Shown: positions 1 to 20,812, numbered from the stretch's first letter. The stretch is DNA of 64,000 nucleotides from Eledone cirrhosa (GCA_964016885.1 OZ024757.1:18228001-18292000), one strand, 5' to 3'. The notes: a model not told the origin generated them from the sequence alone. Program-made: numbers and translations.

Positions 1-288
1 TGTATTGTCTGTACCCATAAAGATGTGTATGCTTGTGTGTGTCTGTCTGCTTGACTGCGAGTGTGTGAGTGTGGGTGTGTGAGTGTGTGTGTGCTTGTGT
101 GTGCGTGCGCTTGTGTGTTCGAGGATGTGTGTGTGTGTGTGCCTGCATGTGTTCGAGCATGTGTGTGTGTGTTCTTGTGTGTGTGTGTGTATGTGTTTAG
201 TTGACCACTTTAATAGTGTACGGAACAAAATGTATTTTGTTAACGTGACATTTGCTGTTCTAATTTTATTTAAGAAATGCATCCTTCT

Positions 289-369
<81 letters not shown>

Positions 370-513
370 TATGCAAATATATATATGTGCATGTGTTTGT
401 ATGCGTGTGTAGTGAGCGTGTGTGTGCGTGTGTGCGTATTTATCTTTCCTTTACGTGTTTGTATTCGCTAAGTGCTCTTAACACTATGTTAAGAAGTTGT
501 AAGTTGATATAAA

Positions 514-850
514 CCACTCTCGACACCCTCCCTCTCTATCCTTACCTTCCCCTCTCCCCTCCACTCTCGACACCCCTCCCTCTCTATCCTTACCTTCCCC
601 TCTCCCCTCCACTCTCGACACCCCCTCCATCTCTCTCCTTACCTTCCCCTCTCCCCTCCACTCTCGACACCCTCCACCTTTCTCTCTCCTTACCTTCCCC
701 TCTCCCCTCCACTCTCGACACCCTCCTCCTCTCTCTCTCCTTACCTTCCCCCTCAACTCACGACACCCTAACTCTCTCCTTACATTCCCCTCACCTCTCC
801 AGTCTCGACACCCCTCCCTCTCTCTCCTTACCTGTCCCCTCTCCTCTCCC
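514..850. repeat. Pyrimidine-rich minisatellite, ~47-51 bp unit
   Basis: Unit ccactctcgacaccc...ccttaccttcccctctcccct repeated ~7 times, decaying rightwards. Confidence 0.85.
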
Positions 851-1145
851 GCCACCCCCCCTCCATCTCATAACCTATCCCCTCCCCCCAACACCCCCCT
901 CCATACCTATCCCCTCTCCCCTCCACTCACGACAACATCCTCACCTGTCCCCCCTCACATCCTCTACACCTACTTGTTCCCCCCCCTTTCTATCTATTTA
1001 TCTATTACACAGGTCTATCATATATTACGTTTCAGTGTCTGTATATAAATAGGTATATATATAATACATACATATATATATACATACATATATATATATA
1101 TATATACACATACATATATATATACACATACATATATATATATAT

Positions 1146-1215
<70 letters not shown>

Positions 1216-1415
1216 NNNNNNNNNNNNNNNNNNNNNNNNNNNNNNNNNNNNNNNNNNNNNNNNNNNNNNNNNNNNNNNNNNNNNNNNNNNNNNNNNNNNN
1301 NNNNNNNNNNNNNNNNNNNNNNNNNNNNNNNNNNNNNNNNNNNNNNNNNNNNNNNNNNNNNNNNNNNNNNNNNNNNNNNNNNNNNNNNNNNNNNNNNNNN
1401 NNNNNNNNNNNNNNN
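1216..1415. other. Assembly gap (200 N)
   Basis: Run of N inside a (TA)n tract. Confidence 1.
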
Positions 1416-5397
<3,982 letters not shown>

Positions 5398-5516
5398 CAT
5401 CAGTCACATGATCTGGTAACATGAAATGGTATGTTGTAACTGACACCAGTTTTTGCCAATACTGATATCAAAGCTATACACAAATTTACACACAGATATA
5501 TATACATCCATACGTT

Positions 5517-5559
<43 letters not shown>

Positions 5560-5595
5560 AACACAAACTTGCATGCATACACACACGCTCACACG

Positions 5596-5627
<32 letters not shown>

Positions 5628-6292
5628 ATACATGTATATAACAAACAAATTCATATTTATGAAATGTATGTATATACTCCAACTGTAGGTAAATATAGAC
5701 TATAATTATATATGTATATATTCTACACATATCTATATATATATAATATATATGACTATACCCTAACAACATAATGTGTATATATATTTTAACTATAGTT
5801 ACCCACCCCTTGTCACAACTCGCGAACCTACATATTATACATATATGTGTGTGTTCAACTGGTAGGGGCATGCATATATATATATATATATATATCTGTG
5901 TGTGTGTGTGTACATATATCATAATACATATATTTAATATATATATATTATATAATATATATATATATTATATATAATATATATAAATAATATATATGAT
6001 ATATATAATAAATATATAGCTAATATATATATATTATATTTATATATATAATAAATAGATATTATATATAATATATATATGCCTAATATATATATATATA
6101 TTATATAAATTTATTACATAACATATATATATACCTAATTGTTATATATATAATATAGATATGCATATTATACATATTATATAAAATATATATATACCTA
6201 ATATACTACATATACCTAACTTATATATAACTAATTTATATATATTTATATCTATATATATATATATATACATACCCAATTTATATATACCT

Positions 6293-6352
<60 letters not shown>

Positions 6353-6357
6353 ATATT

Positions 6358-6572
6358 AAAATAATAGATTAAAGTTTAAGCAAAGAATCGCTGCTTTCAC
6401 TCTTATCGGGATTTTCTGAAACTCGTTAAGGGTGAAAGCAGCGATTCTTTGCTTAAACTTTAATCTGATATTTTAATAAATATTTACTCTAGGGTTCTTA
6501 TATATCTGATATATATTTATCCTTATCGAGCTCTCTTCAGATTGTAGTCTTCACATTTATTATTATTACTAC
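6358..6572. mobile_element. TA-inserted fold-back element, family B (other copies 23697-23812; tail only 30927-31007)
   Basis: Inverted arms agattaaagtttaagcaaagaatcgctgctttcac / gtgaaagcagcgattctttgcttaaactttaatct plus a tail shared with two other loci; (TA)n on both sides. Confidence 0.8.
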
Positions 6573-6587
6573 ATATATATATATATG

Positions 6588-6767
6588 CTCCTTTGGGAGC
6601 CCCTACATGGACACACTAGAAGAGGAAGACCAAGGTTAACATATGTTGATGCCCTAAGGACAGACACTGGTCTGTTGGAGATGCAGGATATGGCAGCGAT
6701 AATGAGGGACAGAGACCGCTGGAGAGAACTCGTCCATGGATCTCTGGAATTTTACCCGCCTTAGATA
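6588..6767 (+). mobile_element. 3' end of an RTE-clade LINE ORF (5'-truncated), with (TAGA)n tail
   Basis: Translates LLWEPLHGHTRRGRPRLTYVDALRTDTGLLEMQDMAAIMRDRDRWRELVHGSLEFTRLR*, matching the typical RTE C-terminal motif W.P.HG...RGRP..TY.D.L...DR..WR. Confidence 0.85.
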
Positions 6768-7008
6768 GATAGATATATATATATGGTTTATCATTAAGAA
6801 TAAAAAAACTAATGATAACATAAATACATATATTTGAAAATGAGGCCTCCGTAGTTGTGTGTCCATAAGATATAGCGTATGGGTAAGTCCAGCACCGCAA
6901 AATGTAGGGTTTAGACCGCAGGACCTTGTAACTTTGAAAACAAACCTCTGTGATAAGAAATGTATATCATGTGTGTATGTGCTTGTGTCACAGTTTGAAA
7001 GAGTCATA

Positions 7009-7078
<70 letters not shown>

Positions 7079-7303
7079 AACGGAGAAAGCTATTAGCGAT
7101 ACTCCGACCAATTTCCATCCCACTCAACAAACATTAGGAAATACCGGAGTATTTTCCCAATTAAACTTTTGGGGTGCTAACTATATTGTATTGTGTGGAT
7201 AATCGTAATTGTATTGTGTGTATTATTTCATATGAGATATATTAAAATCTCATTCCCCATATATATTATATATAAACATACAGACACACATATATATAAA
7301 CAT

Positions 7304-7355
<52 letters not shown>

Positions 7356-7357
7356 AT

Positions 7358-7401
<44 letters not shown>

Positions 7402-7403
7402 AT

Positions 7404-7453
<50 letters not shown>

Positions 7454-8314
7454 ATACACACACACATATATATATATGTATATATATATACACACACACA
7501 CATATATATAAACACACATATACGCATATATAAACACACGTGGCGTAAAGCTCTACAGTTTATTATGGCTGTAGTGGAAGGTTAGTTTTGACATATGAAT
7601 TAGTTAGAATATTTAGGTCGATTCACACGCTGTTTTACCCTGGGTTAATCAACAGCAGAGCTTCCTAAATTTTTCATTATCAACAACTTATCATACGTAA
7701 CCTTGCAACCTGCCCACTAAAACCGGCTCACTTCCTAACAACCATTTAAAACGGTTCCTTTCTAATTTTAACTATTCAAACGTAATTTTCTTGGAGTACA
7801 AAATGTTAAGTTATTTATTAATGATATAGTTAATCATTTTAGTAAATCCATCAAATTCTTCATTAACCCATTTAATACCAAATCTAGCTGAAGTTCAATT
7901 AAAGAACACCCCCACCCTGTTTTAAAAGGTTCCTATATAAATTACAACCTACTTATATAGAATACAACCATGTGTAGTATCTTATTAGTAAAACAAAATT
8001 TACTAATTTTAGTAAATTCCTCAAAATTCGTCATTAACCCTTTTTATAGCAACCCAGGTTTCTATGAAGCCCCTCATTTTAAGGAGGTCCAATTTAAACT
8101 AAAATCTACTTATATATGAAGCCATATAAAACCATATCTGATATTACTAAGGTACTAATGGGATAATTAATTGGAATAATCTCTCATTTCTGTCATTTCT
8201 GAATATTTTGCAGTTTTTGTAAATTCTACATTTTTGCAGTGTCTTGCAATCTTTTACTAGGTTATATATCACTGTACGAACGGATGTATTTATATGTTCG
8301 TAAACACACACTCA

Positions 8315-8379
<65 letters not shown>

Positions 8380-8556
8380 GTGTGTGTGTGTGTGTGTATA
8401 AATATAAACACATATATGTATATGCATATATATATATATATGTATGTATGTATAAATATGAATACACATATATGTATGTGTGTGTGTGTATGTATATTTA
8501 GATATGTATGTAAATATACATATATATATGTATATATATATATGTATATATATATG

Positions 8557-8603
<47 letters not shown>

Positions 8604-8606
8604 TTG

Positions 8607-8643
<37 letters not shown>

Positions 8644-8732
8644 ATAAATATGTATAAATATGAACATAAACACACACATTTATATATATATATACCGCCT
8701 ACTATGTAAGCATCTTAGCTACCAACAGAGAC

Positions 8733-8768
<36 letters not shown>

Positions 8769-8879
8769 CCGTATGTCGTTGACAAATGAGAGAAAAGAGT
8801 ACTCATTAGTGAAGCAGAGTTTAAATATTTATTAAGTCTAAAATATGTGAGTCTCGTTAATCTGGGATTCCACCATCAG

Positions 8880-8918
<39 letters not shown>

Positions 8919-9033
8919 GTGTGTGTTTATGTTCATATTTATACATATTTATGTTTATATATGTATCTATATATATACATATACAATCATATATATATAT
9001 ACATATATATATATGTATATATACATATATATC

Positions 9034-9094
<61 letters not shown>

Positions 9095-9097
<3 letters not shown>

Positions 9098-9278
9098 GGA
9101 GGTGAGTTTTATTGTAGTACAATAAAGCAATGCAGATATCGGATAAGAAGCATTCTACAGTTTGTAGGACTGGAGTATACATAATATATATAATATATAA
9201 GATCAAAAGATGGTTAAAAGAGTTCCATGTATTTGATTATGCGCATTTCAAAAACAAATATCATCATGCAATCAATAT
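9095..9278 (-). mobile_element. Family C element, truncated (only the 3' half of the HHR plus tail)
   Basis: Matches 28968-29240 and 54260-54427; lacks the CTGATGA half. Confidence 0.8.
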
Positions 9279-9810
9279 AGTATGTTTATATGTATGTATT
9301 TGTGTATTTGCAATATCTAAGGGCACTACGTCCATCAACTCAATTCTGAGAGATTCCCTGGTAAATTCCCAGGACAACCACTCCGGAATTATATCAAATG
9401 TGTATTGTTACAGGAAATGTTTGTTGACCCTCCACACATTAGAAATTAAACCTTAGTTGGGATCAGGGCCGGATCAGGCCTTAATATATATGGAATCTCA
9501 GGCCTTTCTGAAAATAATTTCCAGGTAACAAAGTTTAAAATAATTAGTCATGATTAATATATTATATTATATATTAATTTTAATGATAACGAATGAATAA
9601 AATATATACGTGTCTGTGTGTGTGGGGGGGGGGGGTATGTGTGTGTGTAACAATATCCATAGGAGGGAAAAAGAGGAAGAAGGAAACAGTGCTCCATCTG
9701 GAGGAGAGTTGATGTATTATATTAATTATTTATTTATTCTTTTATAAGCACCTGAAGATATGACATAATTTGTAACATTCGAGAGATTTTGTTCCGTGTA
9801 TGGACATAAA

Positions 9811-12157
<2,347 letters not shown>

Positions 12158-12948
12158 TGGTGGCTGCCAACTCGCGACCTTAGGTTTCGTGAGTCCAGTT
12201 ATAGCCACCACTGTAGAGTGGTGGGGGCCCTCTCTCTTTAGACCCAAGGACAACTTTCTTTTTTCTTGCATTTTATCTACTGATATCTTGCTCGCTCTCT
12301 TCTGCCTCTCACAGACAGATACACACACACAAACATACCCATACACACATACATGGTGGCTGCCAACTCATTTTCGAGTACGGCCACTACTTTATATCCA
12401 TGTAGGAGAACCCCTACCGATGCGCTGAACGGGTGTGACTTTTCAGTCCAGCCGGCGACTTGAAAACTCTGGTACAAACACTACATTTGTGACAATTATT
12501 GACACATAGTGCTGGGGCCATGGTACCATGTGACGACAAGTGCAGAGAGATCTCCAGATATAAAGCAATGCCTGTGCCGTGAAGCTTTTATAGTGAGCAA
12601 AGGCACTGCACAAAGCCAGTCCCACTCTCTTAACCAAGATGATATTTACGAAAAAGAAGAACAAGTCAATATCATTGGATACCATCAGGGTTGCAGGTGT
12701 TATATCAGAGTTTTCCTTCTCCTAGAATTCTACCTTGACAAAGACTAAGGGGTCATCTCTCCCGGTGATTTTGGATGGCCATTGACTCTTAACAGCTCCT
12801 TTGCCCTTTGACAGGTTTGTTTTATTTCCTGCAGGATGTCCAAAGTCACCCTCCTCACCAAGAAACATTGGTGGGGTTGCCAGTTTAGTCGCCAACGACC
12901 CGACCATAAGACAGGTTGTACTGGGATACATGTTACCAGTAGCACCAA
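12158..12948 (-). mobile_element. Non-autonomous RTE-derived element (family D) with ~195 bp 3' extension
   Basis: Near-identical to 28078-28685, 29915-30592 and 52976-53585. Has RTE-like 5' UTR motifs (ctaggagaaggaaaactctga), a C-terminal zinc-finger remnant CSVCTRVFKS.AGLKSH and a 3' stem-loop. Confidence 0.8.
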
Positions 12949-12965
12949 TATAGATACATATATAT

Positions 12966-13105
<140 letters not shown>

Positions 13106-13124
13106 CATACATATATATATATAT

Positions 13125-13199
<75 letters not shown>

Positions 13200-13204
<5 letters not shown>

Positions 13205-13258
13205 GGAATAGAATGAAACGAAATTTCATCTCTCACTCTTAGTACGGCAGTTACTTAG
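13200..13258. mobile_element. Short TA-inserted repeat fragment, family E (reverse-complement copy at 23150-23208)
   Basis: aaatggaatagaatgaaacgaaatttcatctctcactctta matches the reverse complement of 23150-23208. Confidence 0.65.
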
Positions 13259-13307
13259 ATACATACATACTTTTATATATATATACATACATACATAGAT
13301 ACATATA

Positions 13308-13360
<53 letters not shown>

Positions 13361-13371
13361 CATACATACAT

Positions 13372-13413
<42 letters not shown>

Positions 13414-13483
13414 TACAAACATATTTTTACACATACATAATACATACATATAACCTTGAAATAAAGATCTATTACAATCACAC

Positions 13484-14330
13484 ATGCACACTCTCCCACA
13501 CACTCTCACACTCTCCCACACGCTCTCACACTCACTCTCACACTCTCCCACACACTCTCACACTCTTCCACACGCTCTCACACTCACTCTCACACTCTCC
13601 CACACACTCTCACACTCCCCCACACACTCTCCCACACACTTCCACACTCTCCACACACACCAACATCACACTCTCCACACACACCAACACCACACTCTCC
13701 CACACACTCCCCACCCACACCAAACCACACTCTCCCACATTCTCCCACACACACTCTCACACTCCACACACTCCCACACACACTCCCACACACACTCACT
13801 CTCCACACACAGCACACTCTCCACACACACCCACACACACTCTCCACACACACCAACACCACTCACCCACACACACCAATACCCTCTCCCACACTCCACT
13901 CATGATAAAGGGAATGTGGAGAGGAAGAGGTGTGTCCTGTACACCACTAACGTTTACCTACGACCCCCCCCCCCCCACAAACACACACTCACACACTTAT
14001 AACATCCATCACACACACTCATACGACTCCCCACACACTTATATCATCCCACACACACAACACTTCCACTCACACACACTCATACGACCTCCCCCCCCAC
14101 ACACACACTTCTACTCACACACACTCATACGACCCCCCCCCCCACACACAACACTTCCACTCACACACTCATACGACCTCCCCCCCCCACACACACACTT
14201 CTACTCACACACACTCATACGACACCCCCACATACACACTTCCACTCACACACACTCATACGACCCCCCCCCCCCACACACACACTTCCACTCACACACT
14301 CATACGACACTCCCATACACACACACATAA
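13484..14330. repeat. CA/CT-rich low-complexity tract and ~40 bp minisatellite (cacacactcatacgacccc...)
   Basis: Direct inspection. Confidence 0.85.
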
Positions 14331-14639
14331 ATAAATAAATAAACACACACGTACGCAGGCACACGTAGTCAATTGTAACCAAATACGTGTACAATATCAA
14401 TGTGTCTGTGTGTCGGTGTTAAGAGAGAGAGAGGCAGAGAAGGAAAGAGAAAGAAAGAGCGAGAGAAAAAGAAAAAGAGAGAAAGAGAGAGAGAAAGAAA
14501 AGGGAAGAAATAGAAAGAAAGAAAGCTCCTTAAAAGAACGGCACACGCACACATATAAACAGTCCATATAGACACACAGATACATACACACACTGGTAGA
14601 CGGTCAGACATACACACACATACACATATAGACACAGAG

Positions 14640-16320
14640 ACACACACACACAGATACATACATACAGTTACATAGATACATACACAGTCACACATACAGA
14701 TACAGCTACATACATAGTCACAGATACATACACAGTCACACATACAGATACATACACAGTCACAGATACATACACAGTCACACATACTGATACATACATA
14801 CACAGTCACACATACAGATACATACACAGTCACAGATACATACACAGTCACACATACAGATACATACATAGTCATAGATACATACACAGTCACACATACA
14901 GATACATACACAGTCACAGATACATACAGTCACACACAGATACATACATAGTCACAGATACATACACAGTCACACAGTCACATAGATACATACACAGTCA
15001 CACATACAGATACATACATAGTCACAGATACATACACAGTCACACACACAGATACATACATAGTCACAGATACATACACAGTCACACATACAGATACATA
15101 CATAGTCACAGATACATACACAGTCACACATACAGATACATACATAGTCACAGATACATACACAGTCACACATACAGATACATACATAGTCACAGATACA
15201 GATACATACATAGTCACACATAGATACATGCACAGTCACACATACAGATACATACACAGTCACACATACAGATACATACAGTTACATAGATACATACACA
15301 GTCACACATAAGATACAGATACATACATAGTCACACATACAGATACATACATACATAGTCACAGATACATACAGTCACACATACAGATACATACATACAC
15401 AGTCACACATACAGATACATACATACATAGTCACAGATACATACACAGTCATACATACAGATACATACATAGTCACAGATACATACACAGTCACACATAC
15501 AGATACATACATAGTCACAGATACATACACAGTCACGCATACAGATACATACATACAGTTACATAGATACATACACAGTCACACATACAGATACATACAT
15601 ACATTGTCACAGATGCATACACAGTCACACATACAGATATATACACAGTCACATAGATACATACAGTCACACATACTGATACATACACAGTCACACATAC
15701 AGATACAGATATATACACAGTCACACATACAGATACATACACAGTCACATAGATACATACAGTCACACATACTGATACATATACAGTCACATAGATACAT
15801 ACAGTCACGGACATACAGGTACATAGAGATATACATGCACACACACACATAGATATACAAACACACAGACATAACAACATAAACAGACACACAGAGACAC
15901 AAAAACATACAGACGCACACAGTCACATATACACACACATATCCATACACATAGATACATACACAGTCACACACACTGTCATATAGATACATACATACAC
16001 AATCACACACACTGTCACATAGATGCATACACAGTCACACACACTGTCACATAGATACACACACTGTCACATAGATACATACACAGCCACACACACTGTC
16101 ACATAGATACACACACTGTCACATAGATACATACACAGCCACACACACTGTCACATAGATACACACAGTCACACACACTGTCACATAGATACACACACTG
16201 TCACATAGCTACATACAGTCACACACACAGTCACATAGATACATACACTCACACACACTGTCACATAGATACATACAGTCACACATAGATACATACACAC
16301 AGTCACATACAGATACATAA
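14640..16320. repeat. Complex microsatellite-derived satellite (cagtcacacatacagatacataca variants)
   Basis: Alternating 18-24 bp units. Confidence 0.9.
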
Positions 16321-16566
16321 AGAACACACAGACACACATACATGTGCACTGCTTATATTACGTGGCTGTCTGTCATGTGTAACAACGTGGTGGTGGGGCT
16401 GGTGGTGGTGGTGGTGTTTGCTGTGTTGGTGGTGGTGCTGCTGATGATGGTGGTGGTGGTGGTATGCTGCTGCTGGGTTTATATAAACATTGGTGTCATC
16501 GCTGAATCGGCCGTAAACACGTGTTCAATAACACGCGCTATCGTAACATACACATACAGGTTTAAC

Positions 16567-16630
16567 GCCCCGCCCGGGGATCGAACGCATCACCTTATAA
16601 ACTAGACAAATAATCATTTAAACGGAGCTA
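16567..16630 (-). pseudogene. Degenerate tRNA-like / SINE head
   Basis: Minus strand has TAGCTC (A-box-like) and GTTCGATCCC (B-box); no intact cloverleaf. Confidence 0.45.
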
Positions 16631-16650
16631 TATATATATATATATATATA

Positions 16651-16840
16651 CCGAAGGAAATGTGGTAAGGAACCAGATGGACCATAACGCACCAAAGTAC
16701 TCAATACTTAGGGTAGTAGAGTGGGTAATAGGAACAAGTATGACCCCGACGGCAGAGCTCAAATCGTTTCGACGGCTAATTCTGGACTCAGAATTAGCCG
16801 TTGAAACGGCTTGAGCTCTGCCGTCGGGGTCATACTTGTT

Positions 16841-16844
<4 letters not shown>
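16651..16844. mobile_element. Family A fold-back element
   Basis: ~80 nt tail plus inverted arms ggaacaagtatgaccccgacgg... / ...ccgtcggggtcatacttgttcc; TA-flanked. Confidence 0.9.
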
Positions 16845-16879
<35 letters not shown>

Positions 16880-16880
<1 letters not shown>

Positions 16881-17154
16881 AAGTTATATTTGATGTAAAT
16901 ATTTATAACTGATATAAAAGCACTCGACAAATATTTGGAGTATATTTACAATATTAAATAAATGGAAAACTATATTTATAAAACCATATTTATTTCATTA
17001 TATATATTTCGGGGATATCATATTAACAATATGCTATGCCTTCATCAGACAAAATACAATATAAACAGTTTTATATTGTTAATATGATATCCCCGAAATA
17101 TATATAATGAAATAAATATGGTTTTATAAATATAGTTTTCCATTTATTTAATAT
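16880..17154. mobile_element. Family F fold-back element (arms 16951-17032 / 17073-17154, plus tail)
   Basis: ~80 bp inverted repeat; TA-flanked; carries an HHR. Confidence 0.85.
16991..17056 (-). ncRNA. Type I hammerhead ribozyme motif (family F)
   Basis: tattttgt-CTGATGA-aggcatagcatatt-gtt-aatatgatatcccc-GAAA-TATATA-TA-atgaaata; stem I 8 bp with 2 GU, palindromic stem III ATATATAT, AUA site. Confidence 0.7.
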
Positions 17155-17199
17155 ATATATATATATATAAATACATATTTAAAAACACAATTCCTTATA

Positions 17200-17265
17200 A
17201 TTTAGTCCAGAAATAGCCGTCGAAACGGCTTGAGCTCTGCCGTCGGGGTGCTGAATCTTTTCCTA
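17200..17265 (+). mobile_element. Family A short arm only
   Basis: tttagtccagaaatagccgtcgaaacggcttgagctctgccgtcgggg. Confidence 0.85.
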
Positions 17266-17889
17266 TATATATATATATATACCCTTAAACAAACAAGCCG
17301 TATTACAGAAGAAAGTAACCTTATTACAGTATATACTTTATCATAGGGCCTTACCCTGAACCTAAGCCTTTTAACAATTTCCTGACAAATATTTCTAATA
17401 AATAAGCATCATTACTAAACGCATATTCTTAAATTCCTCCAAATATTATTTGAAACACATTGTTTCATCTCATAGTTACATATGTATGGGAGCTTACGTT
17501 TAGGCCCCCCATCATGGTCTCACCGGACAGAATAGAGAAAAGGTCACCCCGGACAAAGCTGAGAGAGACGTGTTGAAGCAGCCATTCCAAATGGCAGGAT
17601 CGCTTCTGTGAGGCTTGTGGCAATTTTTCCCCGATAGTAGTGAATAGGGAGCTGATTCCAGGGCCAAGAGTAACGGAAGTCCTCACTGGTAGAGGTTCGA
17701 TCACAAATCTAAATTAATCAATCAAGTGTTTTTTAAAGTATTTATTAATATTATTAATTATTCCAATATCAAGAAAATATTTATAATTTAACAAACGAGT
17801 CTTACACAAAACTTATAAGATTTTAATTTATGTAGGAACCCTTTAAAATTAGTCATGTCTCTTAGAACCAGGGGTTGTTTTAGTCGGTG

Positions 17890-18087
17890 TAATTGCAGTA
17901 CCAGTAGAGCGTCAGACATGTAGTTACGGCGCTTTACGTTCTGAGTTCAAATCCCGCCGAGGTTAACTTTGCCTTTCATCCTTACGGAGTCGATAAAATA
18001 AAGTAGCAGTTATGTACTGGGGTCGATTAAATCAACCTTCCCTTCCCTCAAAATTGTTGGTCTTGTGTCTAATTCAGAAACAGTTAT
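17890..18087 (+). mobile_element. tRNA-derived SINE (Meta-SINE-like central domain)
   Basis: B-box gagttcaaatccc followed by gcctttcatccttacggagtcgataaaataaagta; >15 related copies in the window. Confidence 0.85.
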
Positions 18088-19213
18088 TCCACCCATTACC
18101 ATCTTCTAAGATTTCCTTTTTTTTTTTTTTTTATTTTTCTCAAACTCGGAAAATATTCGACATAAGTTTCTGTTGCAGGACTTCGTCTTCATCTATTGCC
18201 ACGCAACCATTACTTTTTTGTCAATGGCTCACATATCTCCATCTAGGACTGGCTTTAACAATGAGACTTACTTGGCTTACTGAACCTTATTACAGAACAT
18301 GTATAATTAGATGAAATATATCACTTCCTATTATCAATATATAAATTGCTACCTCCTGTTTGCCACGTAGCAGCCTGGAGAAAATATACAAAGCAGTGGA
18401 AAGGGTCGTATTGCCTTATGAACTGGCATATGATATCGTATGTTTGAGTGTGGACTGTGGAGTGGAAAATGAAGGCTTAGTAATTTTCTTAGTTTGGTCA
18501 GAGCAAGTAGAATCAAAACCTATGTTGACCGGCTAACCATACTGAGGGGGGTAGTACACAGTGTTAAATTAACCTAAGCTTTAACTACCCAGGCGCTGGC
18601 ACTGCCTCTAACCCTAAGGCAGACGACATGAAAACAAAAACCAATATTCTGATACAAACTTAATTTAAAAGTATATTAAAAAAAACGCAAATTATTTCAG
18701 AAAATTTAAAATATTAAATTAAGTAAAATAAATTAATTAATATGTATTTATTCAATTAATTTTAATTAAATTATATAATGTCGGCAATAAAAAAAATTAC
18801 AAGAATTAAATAATGAAAGAAAAGAGGAAAGGGGAGTAAACGGCAGACTCTCTACTCGCCATGTAGTATACCTCATTCGCGCCCCGTGGACAAAACGGGG
18901 AAGGAGTTACAACAGAAAACAACCAGTGATACCCGCTACATCAACCATTTCATCAGAACTCCTTCCACAGGCAGTTTGAGGACCAAGGAATTGTTCGTTC
19001 AAATCCCAGTATTTGGCTCTCTAACAAACTAGCTTGACTGTAAAAACCTAATTCATATACATACACATTATATACACATTATATACATACACATTATATA
19101 CACATACATTATATGCATACATGTATAACGAAGTAATTTGTTTCGGTTTTCAGTTCGAATCTCCCTGAGTTCGACTTTGACTTTCATCTTTTCGGTGTCA
19201 AGAATATCAAGAG

Positions 19214-19300
<87 letters not shown>

Positions 19301-19304
<4 letters not shown>

Positions 19305-19532
19305 GAGAGTAAAACAAAGAAGCCTTCAATACATCAAAAGTCTTTATTAGCCGACAATGTTTCGTCCTATTAATGACTCATCAGGGCAATTAAAACAACA
19401 AGAAGTAATATCGGCAGATACAAGCCTTAATTTTTCGGCTCTGTTTAACTACATTGAGCTATACCTTTTACTGTCATTTCTATAATACGAAGAGGGTGTT
19501 TAACTCCAACACGCTCCTGTATTTTAACCCTT
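19301..19532. mobile_element. TA-inserted element, family G, carrying an HHR
   Basis: Unique island between (TA)n tracts; on the minus strand the HHR is followed by AATAAA. Confidence 0.7.
19346..19390 (-). ncRNA. Minimal type I hammerhead ribozyme with full consensus core
   Basis: attgcc-CTGATGA-GTC-attaatag-GAC-GAAAC-att-GTC-ggctaat; GUC site, G10.1-C11.1. Confidence 0.85.
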
Positions 19533-19801
19533 ATATATATATGTATGTATATACAAACACACTCATATATATATATATATATATAGTGGGAATAGCTTGG
19601 TAGAGATGTTCAAAGTATAGAGCAACTCAAGTCCGAGGATAAGTTTTAATATAATGATTAAGTTACAACGGAACCATACCAGGGACATACGTTTCATTTG
19701 CTTGGGGGGCCAACTTATTCAACAGTAACAATTTATATATATATATATACACATAAGGGAGAGAGCAAGAGAGAGAGAGAGAGAGAGAGAAGTCCCCTTA
19801 A

Positions 19802-20075
19802 CCCTTTAATGTTTAAACCGACCAAAACCGCCCAGAATTCTCTACCTCTTTCTGTTGAAACTGGCTGTAACTGGTCGCTCATACTGATGTTAAGGTATTG
19901 TTCTCAAAATAAATACTTTCAAAATCTAATAGAGGTAATTATGTGAGATAAAGACTACCATGAAAATATAATAGTATACATAGAGTAATGTGAATGTTAT
20001 GTGAGGTAATTATGTGAGATAAAGACTACCATGAAAATATAATAGGATGTATAGAGTAATGTGAATGATAAAGGG
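19802..20075. mobile_element. piggyBac-type MITE
   Basis: TTAA|CCCTTTA...TAAAGGG|TTAA termini; internal ~60-70 bp tandem duplication. Confidence 0.7.
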
Positions 20076-20155
20076 TTAACGGAAAAAGTCTGTCTCAAAG
20101 TATTTCAAATTTCACTCATCGTTTTTCAACATACGCTCATATATGTATATGTATG

Positions 20156-20244
<89 letters not shown>

Positions 20245-20285
20245 ATCTATATATATATATATATATATGTAAATAGGGAGGTGAC

Positions 20286-20333
20286 TATCCCGATGATTTC
20301 TTACGAATGAAACAGTTCTAGTCCTGTAGAAAT
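20286..20333 (+). ncRNA. Family H HHR copy (core CCGATGA, U4C)
   Basis: CCGATGA-tttc-ttac-gaat-GAAA-CAG-ttctagtc-CTG-TA-gaa. Confidence 0.5.
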
Positions 20334-20421
20334 CAACACAAGTTATTAAAATAATAGTCGAACAAAATAAATTAATAATTGAGGAAAACGGAAATAAGGG
20401 GACATATGACAACACACACGG

Positions 20422-20452
<31 letters not shown>

Positions 20453-20580
20453 TATATATATAGTTAAAACTTAGTTTGTATACATACACACACATATATA
20501 TATATACACATATATGAATATATTATATATGATTGTGTGTATGTATACATAATATCTATAGATTTGATATGTTTTCCGAG

Positions 20581-20617
<37 letters not shown>

Positions 20618-20620
<3 letters not shown>

Positions 20621-20812
20621 CAAAGGAATTGTGGTAAGGCACCAGATGGACCATAACGCACCAGAGTACTCAATACTTAGGGTAGTAGAGTGGGAAATGG
20701 GAAAAAGTATGACCCCGACGGCAGAGCTCAAGCCGTTTCGACGGCTATTTCGGGAATCCAGAAATAGCTGTCGAAACGGCTTGAGCTCTGCCGTCGGGTC
20801 ATACTTTTTCCT
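20618..20812. mobile_element. Family A fold-back element
   Basis: Same tail and inverted arms as 16651-16844. Confidence 0.9.

Noticed and set aside
8835-8882. Degenerate HHR-like remnants here and at 9748-9799, 19680-19725, 24224-24251, 51705-51780, 54503-54572 and 58765-58790
   Set aside because: Each has core mismatches or lacks a stem or half; probably decayed members of the same class but not individually supportable
17465-17704. 79-aa minus-strand ORF in non-repetitive sequence
   Set aside because: No recognisable domain or convincing splice context
18903-18962. Minus-strand ggagtt-CTGATGA...aactcc hammerhead candidate
   Set aside because: Stem I is present but there is no GAAA or stem III
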